In this document: positions 23,605 through 37,243 of the stretch, piece after piece
How positions within the stretch are numbered: the first letter of the stretch is position 1
How the letters are laid out: every line of letters begins with the position of its first letter
Assembly (NCBI GenBank): GCA_002269645.1
Contig: NIVC01002933.1
Location: forward strand, 65,575-129,574
From: Macrostomum lignano
Lineage: Eukaryota
Length of the DNA stretch: 64,000 nt
Direction: 5' to 3'
Notes under the pieces: generated by a model
What the model saw: the letters and a program-made list of their open reading frames with translations, nothing else
Database searches by the model: none
What the model was told of the DNA's origin: nothing
Translations under genes and position numbers: made by a program

Positions 23605-24509
23605 GGCGGTTGAAGCAGTGAACTGCAAGTTCTTTCTGTTCCTTGCTAAGCCTTATATAGGCATTTTCTAGTTTAGAGGGTCAATTGCTTTACAAGGTTC
23701 TACCTGAGCTCTACAATACTCCCTACGGATTTCAACTGCACTGCAGTTTACTTCTGAATAGGCTTTTTTATAGCGCGTAGTTGCTTCCTTGTTAAAGGCG
23801 GCTCATGCTGCTTCTATTTTTAGGCGTTATGATTTAAGGTACTGGTTTATTACTCAATTTTGCCAGTATGTCTGTTTGGTTTCTTCTCGTGAAGTTTTCT
23901 GAAAGTTCAGACTTTTTATTTATGAATAATTTTATCTATTAAAAATAAAAAAAACTTTATGCTTAGGGGTAGTACATTTTCGAAACCAAATTACTTCTCC
24001 TTAGCCAAATGATATTGCGACGTCACTCCTATGAGCAGACACAAAACACCGCATCGGTGTATTGCTATCATACTCGTATGGCTATAGAAAATCAAGTTTT
24101 TTGACTGTCTATAGCATCAGTTTCTACCAACGTAATAATAATTCCTCCCCAGTCTCACAGTCTCCATGAAGCTGCAGTAAAGAGCATGGTAGCCTTTGTT
24201 CTAGATCGCTAAGTACGAGTATACAGTATTTAGGAGCGCGCCGGATCCATATACTAAAAATTCAATCTAAAATGCATTCTGCTTGGTGCACTGCCTACAA
24301 AACAACCTGGATCGAGCCGTGTGCTATTTTTATCACGGCGTGTGATCTATTTTTGGAAACATCAAACACAACTCTAATAAATAATAAATAACATAATAAA
24401 ACATACATAATAAATAGAACATAATAAATAAACTGCAATGATTTTGTCTGATTGTCAAAAGCGTCGCAGCAGTTTTTGGGAGACGGCTACTCGTTGCCTC
24501 CTCTTCTGG

Positions 24510-24810
24510 CTGTCATCCAGATGATGCAGCACCCACCAATCGCTCAGTGACCCTCTGTAGACCCAGGTTCTCTGTAAGAATGCTGTATGATGCTGTATGA
24601 AGGAATTCCGCTGAGTTCTGCCATTTCGATTTCCAGTAGACCACAGATGAGCTCGATTTTGCTCTTGGTCCCCACTTTCCGGGGCCTCCCAGATCTCGGC
24701 TCGTCCAGGGTCGAAGTGCAGCCGCTCTTGAAGCGGTCGTACCGCTTGTACTCAGCTCACTGGCACGCTGCATTCTTGCCGGTGGACTTGCACAGCCGAA
24801 GTTTCTTGCA
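24510..24810 (-). mobile_element. Degenerate mariner/Tc1 transposase N-terminal relic
   Basis: Minus-strand frames give YDRFKSGCTSTLDEPRSGRPRKV and, after a shift, ILTENLGLQRVTERLV. These resemble the mariner motifs RFKxG..sl.D.PRSGRP and IL.e.LG...v..rWVP. Confidence 0.65.
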
Positions 24811-25151
24811 ACCATTCACTTTTTATTTGACACCGTCTTGGCTTCAGCTTCTTGCTTGGCTTCCTACAGATCCATTTATTCAAACAGCAGTTTGATCTTG
24901 AATAATGGAAATACGAGCGTATATTTTAGACGATTTTACATTTTTGTCTACTTCCCACTGGTCCTCCCCACCTCCGCGCCATCCTCCGCCGCACGCCATG
25001 TGGTTTTTAACCTCTCTTCTTTTCAGCCTTGGCCTTGGTGCTGCGTTCCATTGTTTGGAATTTTATCTGAATGTTTACAACTTATTGAAAAATTTTCCTT
25101 TAGAAACTGGAGTCGGCTCGGGTGCCTGAACTTGAAGGCAGAGAATTTGAC

Positions 25152-25604
25152 GAGCTACAGAGGGGGCGCCAGCTACAGAGGGGGCGCCAGCTACAGAGGG
25201 GGCGCCAGCTACAGAGGGGGCGCCAGCTACAGAGGGGGCGCCAGCTACAGAGGGGGCGCCAGCTACAGAGGGGGCGCCAGCTACAGAGGGGGCGCCAGCT
25301 ACAGAGGGGGCGCCAGCTACAGAGGGGGCGCCAGCTACAGAGGGGGCGCCAGCTACAGAGGGGGCGCCAGCTACAGAGGGGGCGCCAGCTACAGAGGGGG
25401 CGCCAGCTACAGAGGGGGCGCCAGCTACAGAGGAGGGCGCCAGCTACAGAGGGGGCGCCAGCTACAGAGGGGGCGCCAGCTACAGAGGGGGCGCCAGCTA
25501 CAGAGGGGGCGCCAGCTACAGAGGGGGCGCCAGCTACAGAGTGGGCGCCAGCTACAGAGGGGGCGCCAGCTACAGAGGGGGCGCCAGCTACAGAGGGGGC
25601 GCCA
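25152..25604. repeat. 18-bp tandem repeat CCAGCTACAGAGGGGGCG
   Basis: About 25 near-perfect units. Confidence 0.95.
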
Positions 25605-27149
25605 GTTCATAAGGGTGTCTCCGCAGACTGAGATGTCGCTGACCTGTTGTCAGCACTGCTGAGAGTGAGAGCTGCTGCACCTGCCTAGGGACGTACGACT
25701 CTGATGATAGTAGTATTCATATCATTTTAGCGGTGTTTGCTATTTGGTCAAAATAGTCATTGACCATTTTGATGACTAATGCTTGTACATATGTTTGCCC
25801 AAAATGACATATGTTCTATTTTTAGACAATTCACAAAAGCAAAGTACGAGCGTAATATAATAATTCACATAGTTTTCTTTTCATTTCTTTCACGTGGTCT
25901 TTTTTCTCTCTGCACCCATTATTTAAGCCAAGTGTTGCTCTTACGTTTGACATTGAAAAACTCGCTTGCTGTTTAAAAGAATCCTGCGGCTGTTTGGGTT
26001 GGCAGAAGATCGACTCTTTTAAATTTCAACATTCATAGTTTTATAATCAATCGTAGTTTAGAAACAAAGCAGTTTGTGATTAAAGTCACAATAATCTTAA
26101 TCAGGTAACTGACTAGAATTAGGCTATAAATTTTATCTATCAATTGCTCGCGAGTCTCATGTACGACGTACTCGCTTCATTTTTGAGTAAAGAAATACAC
26201 TGCAGTTTGGGAAGTTCCTTCAGTGAAACGGTGAAACTTGATTTCTTTGCCTAAATGAGCTTGGTTGGCTTTTTAATTTTTTCGATGCCAATAGTTTTAT
26301 TATTCAATGTCTTTATTTTATATACTTTTTTATCTTTTATGCCGCGAAACTGCGGACTTTTGTGTCTTGGATTTAACTAGGTTAATTGGAACAGAAACGA
26401 CACTTTGTTAAAGTATTTAGAATTTTTATTAAGCAATTTATAATAGTTGTTGTCAGCTGCCAGAACAGCAGAGGTCACAGCAGCCTTTCGGCCCTTTCGG
26501 CTCTCTTTTAGGCTTCTAAAATCCTGACTCACTGACAGGTATCAACTTTGTTGCCATATCAATAGGAAATCATCTTCACCTGCCTCCAGGAGAAGTTCAT
26601 AAAGATTTTGCAGTAGCTCTTGAGGATCTCCGCTTCTTCTTAGTCGATTTATTGTGCCATCTTGCGATACCCGACGGTTGAGCAGCTGCGTCCAGCTTCT
26701 CAGCATAAGCCTTCATCTCACAGTTTTAATTAGTTGTAGCTAGCCCCGATTTTGCAACTTCGAAACTGTTAGATAGAGATTATTAAATTCCCACAAGACG
26801 CTGCAATATTTCGTATTCAGCACAAAAACGATAGTGTGACAAATTTTTAACTCCTTAAAAATCAATTACGTTTTTTGTTGGATGAAGTCTGGTGAAAACG
26901 GCAAAAATTTTATGAATATTTGATATAATGGCATGACACTAGTAACAGGCCAAGTTTACCTACACGAATTTCTAAAAAAAATTGTGCCAAAACGAGTCAT
27001 GAGCAAGCTTTCGTGTTTCATGGACTCGGCACGCAGCTAAAAAGGAGCATTGCAGCGTTTGATGACAAAAAACAGAGCCACACCCTTTCACAAAAACGCC
27101 TAAAGTTTTTAAAAGAAGACTTCTCACTTTTCAGCAGAACACATGCGTC

Positions 27150-28395
27150 ATGTCAGAACTTCCACAGCGAGTGTCGGGAGCCCGGCCGGTCTCCGATCTG
27201 CCGGCTCACCTGCAGTGCAGCAGCTGCTCCAAGCCGCTCTTCAACGCCCGACAGACTCCGCACGGGTGCCGCCTGTGCCAGGCCTGCGTCACCGGCCTGC
27301 TGCACGAGGTGGAGAAGCGGCCCTGTCCCGGACACACCGAGGCCTGCACACTCAGAGACCACCACTCGGAGGAGGACGTCGGCGGCGGCGGCGAGGTCGA
27401 GGTCGAGGTGAGCCGGGCTACCTGCTTTCCCGACATGGCGACGAGACGCGAGGTCGCCAAGCTGCGAGTCCGCTGTCCGAACTGCGACGCCGGCTGCTCT
27501 GTCCAACTCGAATGGGCTCGCATGGACCAGCATGTGCAACAGAGCTGCGACTGGCACTCACTCCGCTGTGAGCAGTGCAAAGAGCTCATCCTGAAGAAGG
27601 ACATGCAGCGACACACCAGCAGCGAGTGTCGCCACAGGAAGGAGACCTGCGACCTGTGCTCTCAGCTGGTCACACACAGCGAGATGGAGACCAGTCACAG
27701 GAATCTGCAGTCCGATGTGTGCTGTCCGAGATTCTCAGCTCGCTGTCCTCACTGCTCGGAGCGGAGCACACCGATGGACAGGCGGGGATATGTTGCTCAC
27801 CTGTCGGAGTGTCCCGAGAGACCGGTAGAGTGCAAGTACTCTCACCTGGGCTGCAGGGCGATGGTGCGCAGGTCCGATCTGGAGAGGCACTACAGGGAAA
27901 GCATGGACTCTCACCTTGAGCTCATGGACTCAAAACTCAAGCAGGCAGCTGCTGTTCCGTCGAATTCTGGTAAGCTTTTCTGTTGATTAATAGCAAAGAT
28001 CAATGTGCGCCAATACATTAAGGTGGTTGGATGCGAATGTTTTGTAGGCCGCTATTGCAATAATGTTTAATTGTTCATTTCCAGCAGCTGCGGTCCCGCA
28101 GTCCTCCGCCGGTGCCGCACCTCCCGCCCCCACAGCTGCCGACGGTCGCGAGGTGGCCGACGTGAAGCGGCGAGTCGGCAGCGTCTTCGAGCAGTTCAAG
28201 AAGCTGCAGGTCAACGTGGCGAACTGGGCTCACAGCACCATGGAGCTCGAGCAGATGGCTGACAGGTTCGGAGGCGTCTCGCAGCTGCGGACTCTGCTGA
28301 GCGGCATGGACGAGCGGACGAGGAGCGTCGAGCAGCTCCAGCAGCAGGTGCAGCAGCTCCAGCAGCAGGTGCAGCAGCTGCAACAGCGGGCTTGA
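27150..28395 (+). CDS. TRAF-like copy 5, intact RING/ZnF + coiled coil
   Basis: Exons 27150-27969 (G|GTAAG) and 28085-28395 (TTTCCAG|CA) join in frame; ends QRA-stop. Confidence 0.9.
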
Positions 28396-28747
28396 TGGTT
28401 AAAATGCTTTAATCAGGAAAAATTATGCATTCAACTGCTTTAATTGTAATCGGCCAGCATAGATGTGATGTTTATAATGTAAATCTGCCTTTCGCGATTA
28501 TTATTCAGAAGGAAATGTGATTTTTTCCAGCAAATTGGGTCAATATCAATATTGGGTCGGATTTCAAGTTTTGATTGTTGAATAACCTGTTTAAAATTTT
28601 AAGCAGTTTTAAAACGCTTTCCTAACTTCGTTGACAGAACATTTTTGTGCAATTGGTATCAACTATTAAACAAATTTTGTGCCCGACTCTAAAGTCCGTG
28701 CTGACCGCTGCAGTATATTCTGACTTTTTACTAACCTTCCAGTCGGC

Positions 28748-29112
28748 CTGCACTGAGGTCTCTCCAGTGTGCACTGCCCACCTACATTGTAAGTCGGCAC
28801 TGAGGTCTCTCCAGTGTGCACTGCCCACCTACATTGTAAGTCGGCACTGAGGTCTCTCCAGTGTGCACTGCCCACCTACATTGTAAGTCGGCACTGAGGT
28901 CTCCAGTGTGCACTGCCCACCTACATTGTAAGTCGGCACTGAGGTCTCCAGTGTGCACTGCCCACCTACATTGTAAGTCGGCACTGAGGTCTCCAGTGTG
29001 CACTGCCCACCTACATTGTAAGTCGGCACTGAGGTCTCCAGTGTGCACTGCCCACCTACATTGTAAGTCGGCACTGAGGTCTCCAGTGTGCACTGCCCAC
29101 CTACAGTGTAAG
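28748..29112. repeat. 45-47-bp tandem repeat CTGAGGTCTCCAGTGTGCACTGCCCACCTACATTGTAAGTCGGCA
   Basis: About 8 contiguous units with no unique spacers. Confidence 0.93.
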
Positions 29113-29139
29113 TCTGTCTGAAGTCTCTTCACTGCATTC

Positions 29140-29360
29140 CAAGTGCAGTCACGTTAATTTGAGACTAAATTGGAATATCGGCTTGGCTCTGCTCGTTAAA
29201 TTAAGGTCCTTGATGGCCAACCCCCAAGGCACAGTGAAGTGTACATGCCTAACAATAAATAAAGTGAGACTCCTGTGCGAGTGTGTGTCTGTGCGAATGA
29301 CTGCCTGCTCAGGGGTCGGCGGAATGGGCAGTAATGCCTCTCTCACCGGCTGTGTCTGTT
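29140..29360 (+). mobile_element. SINE-like family copy (partial)
   Basis: CAAGTGCAGTCAC...CCTTGATGGCCAACCCCCAAGGCACAGTGAAGT matches 14670-14900. Confidence 0.6.
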
Positions 29361-29756
29361 TAAAAAATGGCTCATTTCTCTATGTCCAGTTAATTAGCAA
29401 TGTGCGTCCCCCACCCGTTTGGGAGGCAAAAAAGAAAGAAATATAAATATGTGAATAAACTGCAAGTAGGTTTTGACCTTGTACAATTAACATTTGCTAT
29501 TATTATTTTCTAAAGGAAAATTATGTTTTAAGCAAAAAGCATACGCTCTGAAATCCAGCTATCTTAGGCTTCTGAGCATGAACCTTGACATCTCAGCAAC
29601 TCTCCCGATGAGCCACAAAATTTTAATAGTACCTCCATGAGCATTGAGATCTCAGCAATTTCCCACTTGAACATTGATATTTCAGCAGTTCTCACTGACC
29701 CACAGAATTTCAGAGATTTCCCCATGAAGCCTTGACGTCTTGTAGCAATTCCCCCC

Positions 29757-30540
29757 ACGAGCCTTGACATCCTAGCATCCCCCCACAAGCCTTGACATCC
29801 TAGCATCCCCCCACGAGCCTTGACATCCTAGCATCCCCCCACGAGCCTTGACATCCTAGCATCCCCCCACGAGCCTTGACATCCTAGCATCCCCCCACGA
29901 GTCTTGACATCCTAGCATCCCCCACGAGTCTTGACATCTTAGCATCCCCCCACGAGCCTTGACGTATTGTAGCAATTCCCCCCCCCACGAGCCTTGACAT
30001 CGTAGCATCCCCCACGAGTTTTGACATCCTAGCATCCCCCCACGAGCCTTGACATCTTAGCATCCCCCCACGAGCCTTGACGTATTGTAGCAATTCCCCT
30101 CCACGAGCCTTGACATCGTAGCATCCCCCCACGAGTCTTGACATTCTAGCATCCCCCCACGAGTCTTGACATTCTAGCATCCCCCACGAGTCTTGACATC
30201 TTAGCATCCCCCCCACGAGCCTTGACATCTTAGCATCCCCCCACGAACCTTGACATCTTAGCATCTCGCCATGAGCCTTGACATCTTAGCATCTCGCCAT
30301 GAGCCTTGACATCTTAGCATCTCGCCACGAGCCTTGACATCTTAGCATCCCCCCACGAACCTTGACATCTTAGCATCTCGCCATGAGCCTTGACATCTTA
30401 GCATCTCGCCATGAGCCTTGACATCTTAGCATCTCGCCATGAGCCTTGACATCTTAGCATCTCGCCATGAGCCTTGACATCTTTGCACCCACCCATGAGC
30501 CTTGACATCTTTGCACCCACCCATGAGCCTTGACATCTTA
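29757..30540. repeat. About 28-bp minisatellite GAGCCTTGACATCTTAGCATCCCCCCAC
   Basis: Read directly, with graded variants along the array. Confidence 0.92.
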
Positions 30541-31539
30541 GAACCCTAAACCTAGCCCAAACCCTGCCGAGAGTGATAGAATTTCAGCAACAGCCGCCAG
30601 GAAATGGAGATCGGAAAATTTCTGATCGAACGGGGCAAGTTTTATGAAATTTTGTTGAGCCGTTTTTCTCTGAAATCAATCACATACCTACCTATATACC
30701 CAGATAGATAGAGAAAACTCATTTTAGTATACCGGTTATGTTAAGGCTAATCACATTTATATGTAGACTTTAAACCTTTTTTATCATCCATTAAAAGTGT
30801 GGCCCAGTGAATGTTTACGCTCGTATTGCATTATCTTCTGCTTAAGTAGTCCTTGCTATTAATACTATTTTATTTTATGATTACTCATTACTGTTCCCCA
30901 CTCTCATCTTAAAAAAGCGATTTGTCGGCCAGCTACTCAGACGAGCCGCTCATTCTAAATTTTTATTTAGAATGAGCAGCTTCATGCCTTCAGGCCTCGC
31001 CTGAAATGAGGCCTTCAGGCCTCGCCCAGAACTGAAAAAAACACAGCTCACTTGTCCTGTTTATCTGGCACACGAAGCTTCACTCGTGGCGGGGTTCTGA
31101 GATTCTAAAAATAGAACTTGCGTTTCCAGACAGGCAATTTGACTGAAATGAATTGAATGTACACTGCATGTGTGGGACTGACAAGTACATGTATACTGGG
31201 TACGTGTTGGAGTGTACATTTGGAACAGGACGTATCTTATTTCCCTACCCACACGTACAATATAAGCTAGACTTATAATAAGCAAGATATTTGTGATGTT
31301 CAAATTAATGGAATTTTCCACAACTAGCAGACATTTCCGTCACGTGAATTTTAGTCATAAAAAGCATGATTGCTCTTTATTAATTCTGTCAGTATAGAAA
31401 AGAGCTGAAAAAAGCCGAGACTGGCTCGCATTGTTCACTAACAAGTGAACCTAAAGTAAATGCGACATCAGCCAAGTGAATTCCTGCGACAGCTTATCAC
31501 AAAAGCAGGGTTTTATCCAGCGGCACCTCCAACTCATTG

Positions 31540-32295
31540 ATGGTCAGAAGCTTCCAGAACACCCAGCAGTCCTGGTGGGTCCCAGTCGGTCGCATCTCCA
31601 GCCAGGCTGAGGCCCTGTCCCAGGCTCAGCTGTTTGAGGCCCGTCATCCGGGACTAAAGTACACTGGCAGCTGGAACTCCGCCCCGAACTCAAAGCTCTG
31701 CTCCATCGAGGTCGCCTCCGCGGGGTCAATTATTGTCTCTCTGGGCGCCACCTCCAGCCGCAGAGATGCGCAAGACAAGGCTGAAGCCTTCATCGCAAAG
31801 CATCCCTACCTGAAGTGGACAGCCAGCTGCTCAGAGCTCGGCTGGCTCCAGAACTTCCAGATTGTGGTCGAAGCTTTCCTGCCCACCGAGTGGCACATGA
31901 AGGAAGGCACAGTTGGGATCTGCCTACCAGTGACCACCAGCCTGCGGCTGAGGAACCTGACCTCCGAGAAGGTGACCAGGATTACTGCAAGGGGCTTGGA
32001 GCCCAGCGACTGGGGCCAGCGGCGGCCCTGCCTCCAGTTCTCCGACGGGCATATCGCCGAGCGAGGCGTCCTGGAGAAGGAGCTGGACGTGAACTTCTGG
32101 AGCCACACGGCCAAGCTGGCGGTCTGGCTCGGCTTCCAGAGCGGCCGCTACCTGCAGTTCCAGGTGAACAGCCGGCTGGCCATCGACAGCTCGGCGAAAA
32201 ATCATTGGAAATTCTCCTCTGGAGCTGGCCTGTCGGTTTACCACAAGGTGGAACCCGGAGCCCGCCTGCTAGAGGTGGTCGTGTGCGACTCATGA
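31540..32295 (+). CDS. Single-ORF protein, two candidate MVL-like (mannan-binding lectin) repeats + unknown beta-rich domain; paralog of 37244-38011
   Basis: Open ORF with GC3-rich codons, collinear with 37244-38011. Repeats WWVPVGRISSQAEALSQAQLFEARHPGLKYTGSW and IIVSLGATSSRRDAQDKAEAFIAKHPYLKWTAS. The lectin call is motif recall only. Confidence 0.7.
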   Translation: MVRSFQNTQQSWWVPVGRISSQAEALSQAQLFEARHPGLKYTGSWNSAPNSKLCSIEVASAGSIIVSLGATSSRRDAQDKAEAFIAKHPYLKWTASCSELGWLQNFQIVVEAFLPTEWHMKEGTVGICLPVTTSLRLRNLTSEKVTRITARGLEPSDWGQRRPCLQFSDGHIAERGVLEKELDVNFWSHTAKLAVWLGFQSGRYLQFQVNSRLAIDSSAKNHWKFSSGAGLSVYHKVEPGARLLEVVVCDS

Positions 32296-32889
32296 CGCCG
32301 CACCGCTCAAAGACGCGCGGCACTTCTTGTACAAATGTTAAATAGGAGCGTAAATTGCCTGACAACTGACTTATTATAGTGTACGATTGATTTTATAATT
32401 TGTAAACAACGCTAAGCATACAATCAAAATACTTGACATTGTATTGTACTGTACAGAACAAAAATAGAAACGAAAATACACCTGAGAGCCATGTTTTTGC
32501 CACGGTCGCAGCTCTCTACCGCACGGATTTTCCATGGAAAAAACTTTGGTTATTGTACAGTTCCAACAAATCATGTGACAGAAATGTCTATTTTAAGCAG
32601 CCGCCAGCCAGAGCAGCCAGGCCAGGCGGACTGCGACCTGAAGTTGGCTGCCGAGCTCGAACTCAACTCAAGCAGGAAGCAAGTGCGTGGCTTCTCTGTT
32701 ATAATCATACTTCAGTATTTGCTGAAAGGGATAAAAAATTAAGCTCAGCATCGCCCACTGCACCTGCGCTCCCATCGCCCACCCTGCCAGCCCCGGGTCT
32801 CCAGGTTGAAAGCAGCCCCAACAGAAAGTACATCTGCGGGAAATTTCATGAATAATCGCTGGAGGGTTTGGGCTACACTCGCAAATCAC

Positions 32890-33200
32890 AATAAGGGCTG
32901 ATGAAGGATGCAGGAGGGCTGTGGGGCACCCTGTTGCAACGCTCTCGGCGGCATCGCCTGCACAACCCAACCAGCGCTGAGGACATTCTGCCCATTCCGC
33001 AGACTCCCAAGCAAATACAAGCGCGCCAATACCACACACAGGCACGCACTCGTGCACTCAGCTCACACAGGGTGTAGCGTGTACCGGGTGTACATCGTTG
33101 GCTGGCCCTCATAAGTACCTCGTATGAATTGCATGACAATAACTCGAGAGGAATCGAACCAGGGGTCGTGACACGAATCAGACGCGTTTAATGCTGAGCT
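32890..33200 (-). mobile_element. SINE-like family copy
   Basis: Minus-strand B-box GGTTCGATTCC. Body CGGAATGGGCAG and CAGGGTGC.CCACAGCCC match the 14620 copy. Confidence 0.55.
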
Positions 33201-33363
33201 GCTCTGTCTGATACCTGAACTGAGCGAATAACTGATGACAGAGAGCTCAAATTTTATCCTTTAGCCGGCACAGAAACTCGCCATTTGCAGTGAAATATCG
33301 ACAGAAAGGAAAACTCAGGTAAAGTTGCTCGCTTGGCAAGTATGATGAATAGGAAGGCAAAAA

Positions 33364-33769
33364 TCAACAATAAATTAATTTAATTGAACTACGCGTTTCG
33401 CACGATACTGTGCATCTTCAGGTTTATTTTTGAGCGAAAGAAACGAGTGAGATCGGCAGTAAATAAATACAAAATTTCGGGGTGCAAATTCAATCAATAT
33501 TTTTGAATTTGTTCTCCGTGTGTTCTGAGGGAGGGGACACTGTATGTACATTATGTACTTCAAACTATATCGCTATCATTCCGTCCCTGGACTTTTCCTC
33601 TCGACTTTTGGACCAACAAACATGTACTTCAAATATTGATTGAATTTGCACCCCGAAATTTTGTATTTGTTTACTGCCGATCTCACTCGTTTCTTTCGCT
33701 AAAAAATAAACCTGAAGATGCACAGTATCGTGCAAAACGCGTAGTTCAATTGAATTAATTTAATGTTGA
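33364..33769. mobile_element. Fold-back MITE-like element, about 140-bp inverted arms
   Basis: TTGAACTACGCGTTT.GCACGATACTGTGCATCTTCAGGTTTATTTTT...GGGTGCAAATTCAATCAATATT is mirrored at about 33625-33769. Confidence 0.8.
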
Positions 33770-34139
33770 AAGGAAAACTATTTTTAGTCCTGAAAACTGA
33801 ATGCCCTGCCGAGTTGCCGCCTCGCGAGTTTACAGAACCGCAGAAAATGATAGAATCGTGCTGGAAATACATCAAGCACGATCAATTTTAGAGTAGCCAT
33901 TAGAAGTTTTCAGTAAAATTGCAGACTTGATCTACTATAAATACCCAAAAAGCTATTAATACCAAAATTTGTGCCTCAAAATTCCTATTTCTGCTTCATA
34001 TAAAACTATGGAACGATTTTATTGCAGGTAATTTAAATATTCCGTCTTCGATCCCTCCCTGTCTGGGCACCACGCTCATAAAAAAGATTTGCATGCCACT
34101 TTTAAATTGCAGTCTGACTCTTAGGACGTTTGGACAACA

Positions 34140-35350
34140 ATGTCGGAGCTGCCTTCGAGTGTGTCGGCTGCGAGGCCGGTCTCCGCTCTGCCGGCTCACC
34201 TGCAGTGCAGCAGCTGCTCCAAGCCGCTCTTCAACGCCCGACAGACTCCGCACGGGTGCCGCCTGTGCCAGGCCTGCGTCACCGGCCTGCTGCACGAGGT
34301 GGAGAAGCGGCCCTGTCCCGGACACACCGAGGCCTGCAAAGACCACCACTCGGAGGAGGACGTCGGCGGCGATGTCGAGGTCGAGGTGAGCCGGGCTACC
34401 TGCTTTCCCGACATGGCGACGAGACGCGAGGTCGCCAAGCTGCGAGTCCGCTGTCCGAACTGCGACGCCGGCTGCTCTGTCCAACTCGAATGGGCTCGCA
34501 TGGACCAGCATGTGCAACAGAGCTGCGACTGGCACTCACTCCGCTGTGAGCAGTGCAAAGAGCTCATCCTGAAGAAGGACATGCAGCGACACACCAGCAG
34601 CGAGTGTCGCCACAGGAAGGAGACCTGCGACCTGTGCTCTCAGCTGGTCACACACAGCGAGATGGAGACCAGTCACAGGAATCTGCAGTCCGATGTGTGC
34701 TGTCCGAGATTCTCAGCTCGCTGTCCTCACTGCTCGGAGCGGAGCACACCAATGGACAAACGGGGATATGTTGCTCACCTGTCGGAGTGTCCCGAGAGAC
34801 CGGTAGAGTGCAAGTACTCTCACCTGGGCTGCAGGGCGATGGTGCGGAGGTCCGATCTGGAGAGGCACTACAGGGAAAGCGTGGACTCTCACCTTGAGCT
34901 CATGGACTCGAAACTCAAGCAGGCAGCGATAGCTCAGCAGAGTCCTTGTAAGAACTGATGTCAAAATCAGTAATATAATCACGCAGAAGATGCTGTTCTG
35001 TGGTTTAATTTTTTTTCCTATTTTTAGCAGCCGCCGTGCCGCAGTCTTATGTAGGTTCCGCAGCTCCCGCCGCCGACGGTCGCGATGTGGCCGACGTGAA
35101 GCGGCGAGTCGGCAGCGTCTTCGAGCAGTTTAAGAAGCTGCAGGTCAACGTGGCGAACTGGGCTCACAGCACCATGGAGCTCGAGCAGCTGGCTGACAGG
35201 TTCGGAGGCGTCTCGCAGCTGCGGACTCTGCTGAGCGGACTGGACGAGCGGACGAGGAGCGTCGAGCAGCTGCAGCAGCAGGTGCAGCAACTCCAGCAGC
35301 AGGTGCAGCAACTCCAGCAGCAGGTTCAGCAGGCGCAGAGCAGTCAATAG
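34140..35350 (+). CDS. TRAF-like copy 6, intact RING/ZnF + coiled coil
   Basis: Exons 34140-34947 (T|GTAAG) and 35028-35350 (TTTTTAG|CA) join in frame. Confidence 0.9.
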
Positions 35351-37243
35351 TTTTGACTGATGAACTGAATTCACATTGGAAGCTGATGTATGAGATTTCG
35401 GCAGCGTGATGCACTCGAGTGTTGATGCAATCCATGTCTCTTGGATCCTTTGACTTACAAAATTCTGCTTTTGCGGTTAAGGAGACCTTCTATTGGAACT
35501 TTTTTGATGCCAGCTGAAGCCGAAGGTGCTGCAGTCTGGCGGAGCCGACTTGATGCTGTAGTAAGGCTCACAGCGATTTTTTTCGGCAAGGAAGATCCAA
35601 CCTTCCGTATTAGCTGATTATCCCACCACAGAGGCTGCCTCACCTGACAGAAGATCTATCCTATACCCATCATTTTTCTCATTGTATAAAACCATTGGAC
35701 TTGATTTTGTACATCTTATCCAATGAAATTTTGGAAAATTGCGACATTGCGACTTGTTATTGCATTAGTTCGTGGGTCTGCGGGGGACTCTGAAAGAAAT
35801 CAAGGCCCATCGGACCCTCAGAAAGCGAGGACGCGTGCCAGATCCTCTACCAGGTCCTCTGCTCGAATCTTTAACTTACAATTTATTCAGGAATTAAGCT
35901 TTCTGCTTCACTGCGTTTTCGTTATGTGTGCTTTGTGGGCGGCCGTAGGCCGCGTACAAAGTGTGTTAGGGGTGGCGGGGTGGCGTGTGCGTTGGGGGGG
36001 TTGTCGCGGGGCGGCTAGCTTTTAACCCCCAGCTTGTGCTCTGCTCGCGGTGTCGCACACCTGCTCGACACTCGTCGAACAGCCAGGGGTTGCTCCCCTG
36101 CTCGCTGCTTTGTGCCCACGTTCTGCGTTCGGTCTTCGTCACTCGCCTAACCCCTAAGTACTTCTTAAATTCTTCAAATAGCTTAAAATTCTTTAGTGAC
36201 CATGCATGGTCTCTATGCATGACTCTGCAGCAGTCCGACCGCTTGGTAATTTTGTTTTTCATGCGCCCCCTGCTGCGGCTACGCGTTGGCTGGTGGTTAA
36301 TTGTTTTCAATAGTCAACCTCCTTGGTATTTCGCATACTATAATCTCTAAGGCAAAAGTGCATTTTTGCATGGTTTGGAATGTGTCAAACAACTAAACCT
36401 AATATGGAAGTCGCGGTGTTACAGCACCTGTTATCAGAGTTTCATCAGAAATAAATCAAAACCAAATACGACGTAGGCAAGTCTCTTGACTGCACGGATT
36501 GCCCCCGTGGCATGCGCGTACAATTTGCTTATTCATGTATACGAGCCAGCTCTATTTAAGAAAAGCGACCTTTGGATCGGGGCGTCTTCCGCCCGGTGCT
36601 AAATTTTTGGAGATCGAGGTGAGTGACGCATCTCTTGCAACTCTTGCAAAACTATTTAATAGTTTATTTTCTGTGCTAAATCCACGAATGTAGACGAAGA
36701 AAAGATTGGTCAGATCACAAAAAGTTTTTTAAATACTACTCTGAGGTGAGAGTGAGAATTTTCACGAGAATTAATAGACATTACAGACTTGTCTCGACTT
36801 TCGTGCTTATCTTATTCTTCTGTTCTCACCTCTCTGTTTACTGTGCTCTCTCTCTGCTTAGTTCAATCTGATTCTTCTTATTATCGTCTCTTTCTTTTTC
36901 TCACTTCTGACAGTCTCTTCCCACTCACTAGTTTATTTAGTCGATCTTTATTTTCATCGAAGTCAAAAAAGCTCAAGACTTGTTTTTGCCCTCACGTCTT
37001 TTTCTACAAATGCACACACTGGTAGTGTAGCGGATTGCTGGTGCAGTGCTCGTGGCTCACTCACAGAGATTTGCTCGTATTGTTCAAACTGTCAGAGTCA
37101 GTGCACCAGATCGAGCATTTTATATATGGTCATCACGTCTGCTGCAAACCATGTTAGATACAAGACAGGGAGTAGTACCCTGCAGTAGTACACCGGAACT
37201 GAATTAATTGTGACTGGTTTCCGCTCTCCTACTCACCCAGGAC

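Noticed and set aside
24838-25662. RGGASY / QRGRQL repeat ORFs
   Set aside because: Products of the 18-bp tandem array, with no splice or start support.
28748-29112. CRISPR-like regular 45-bp repeats
   Set aside because: The units are contiguous with no unique spacers, there are no cas genes, and the context is eukaryotic.
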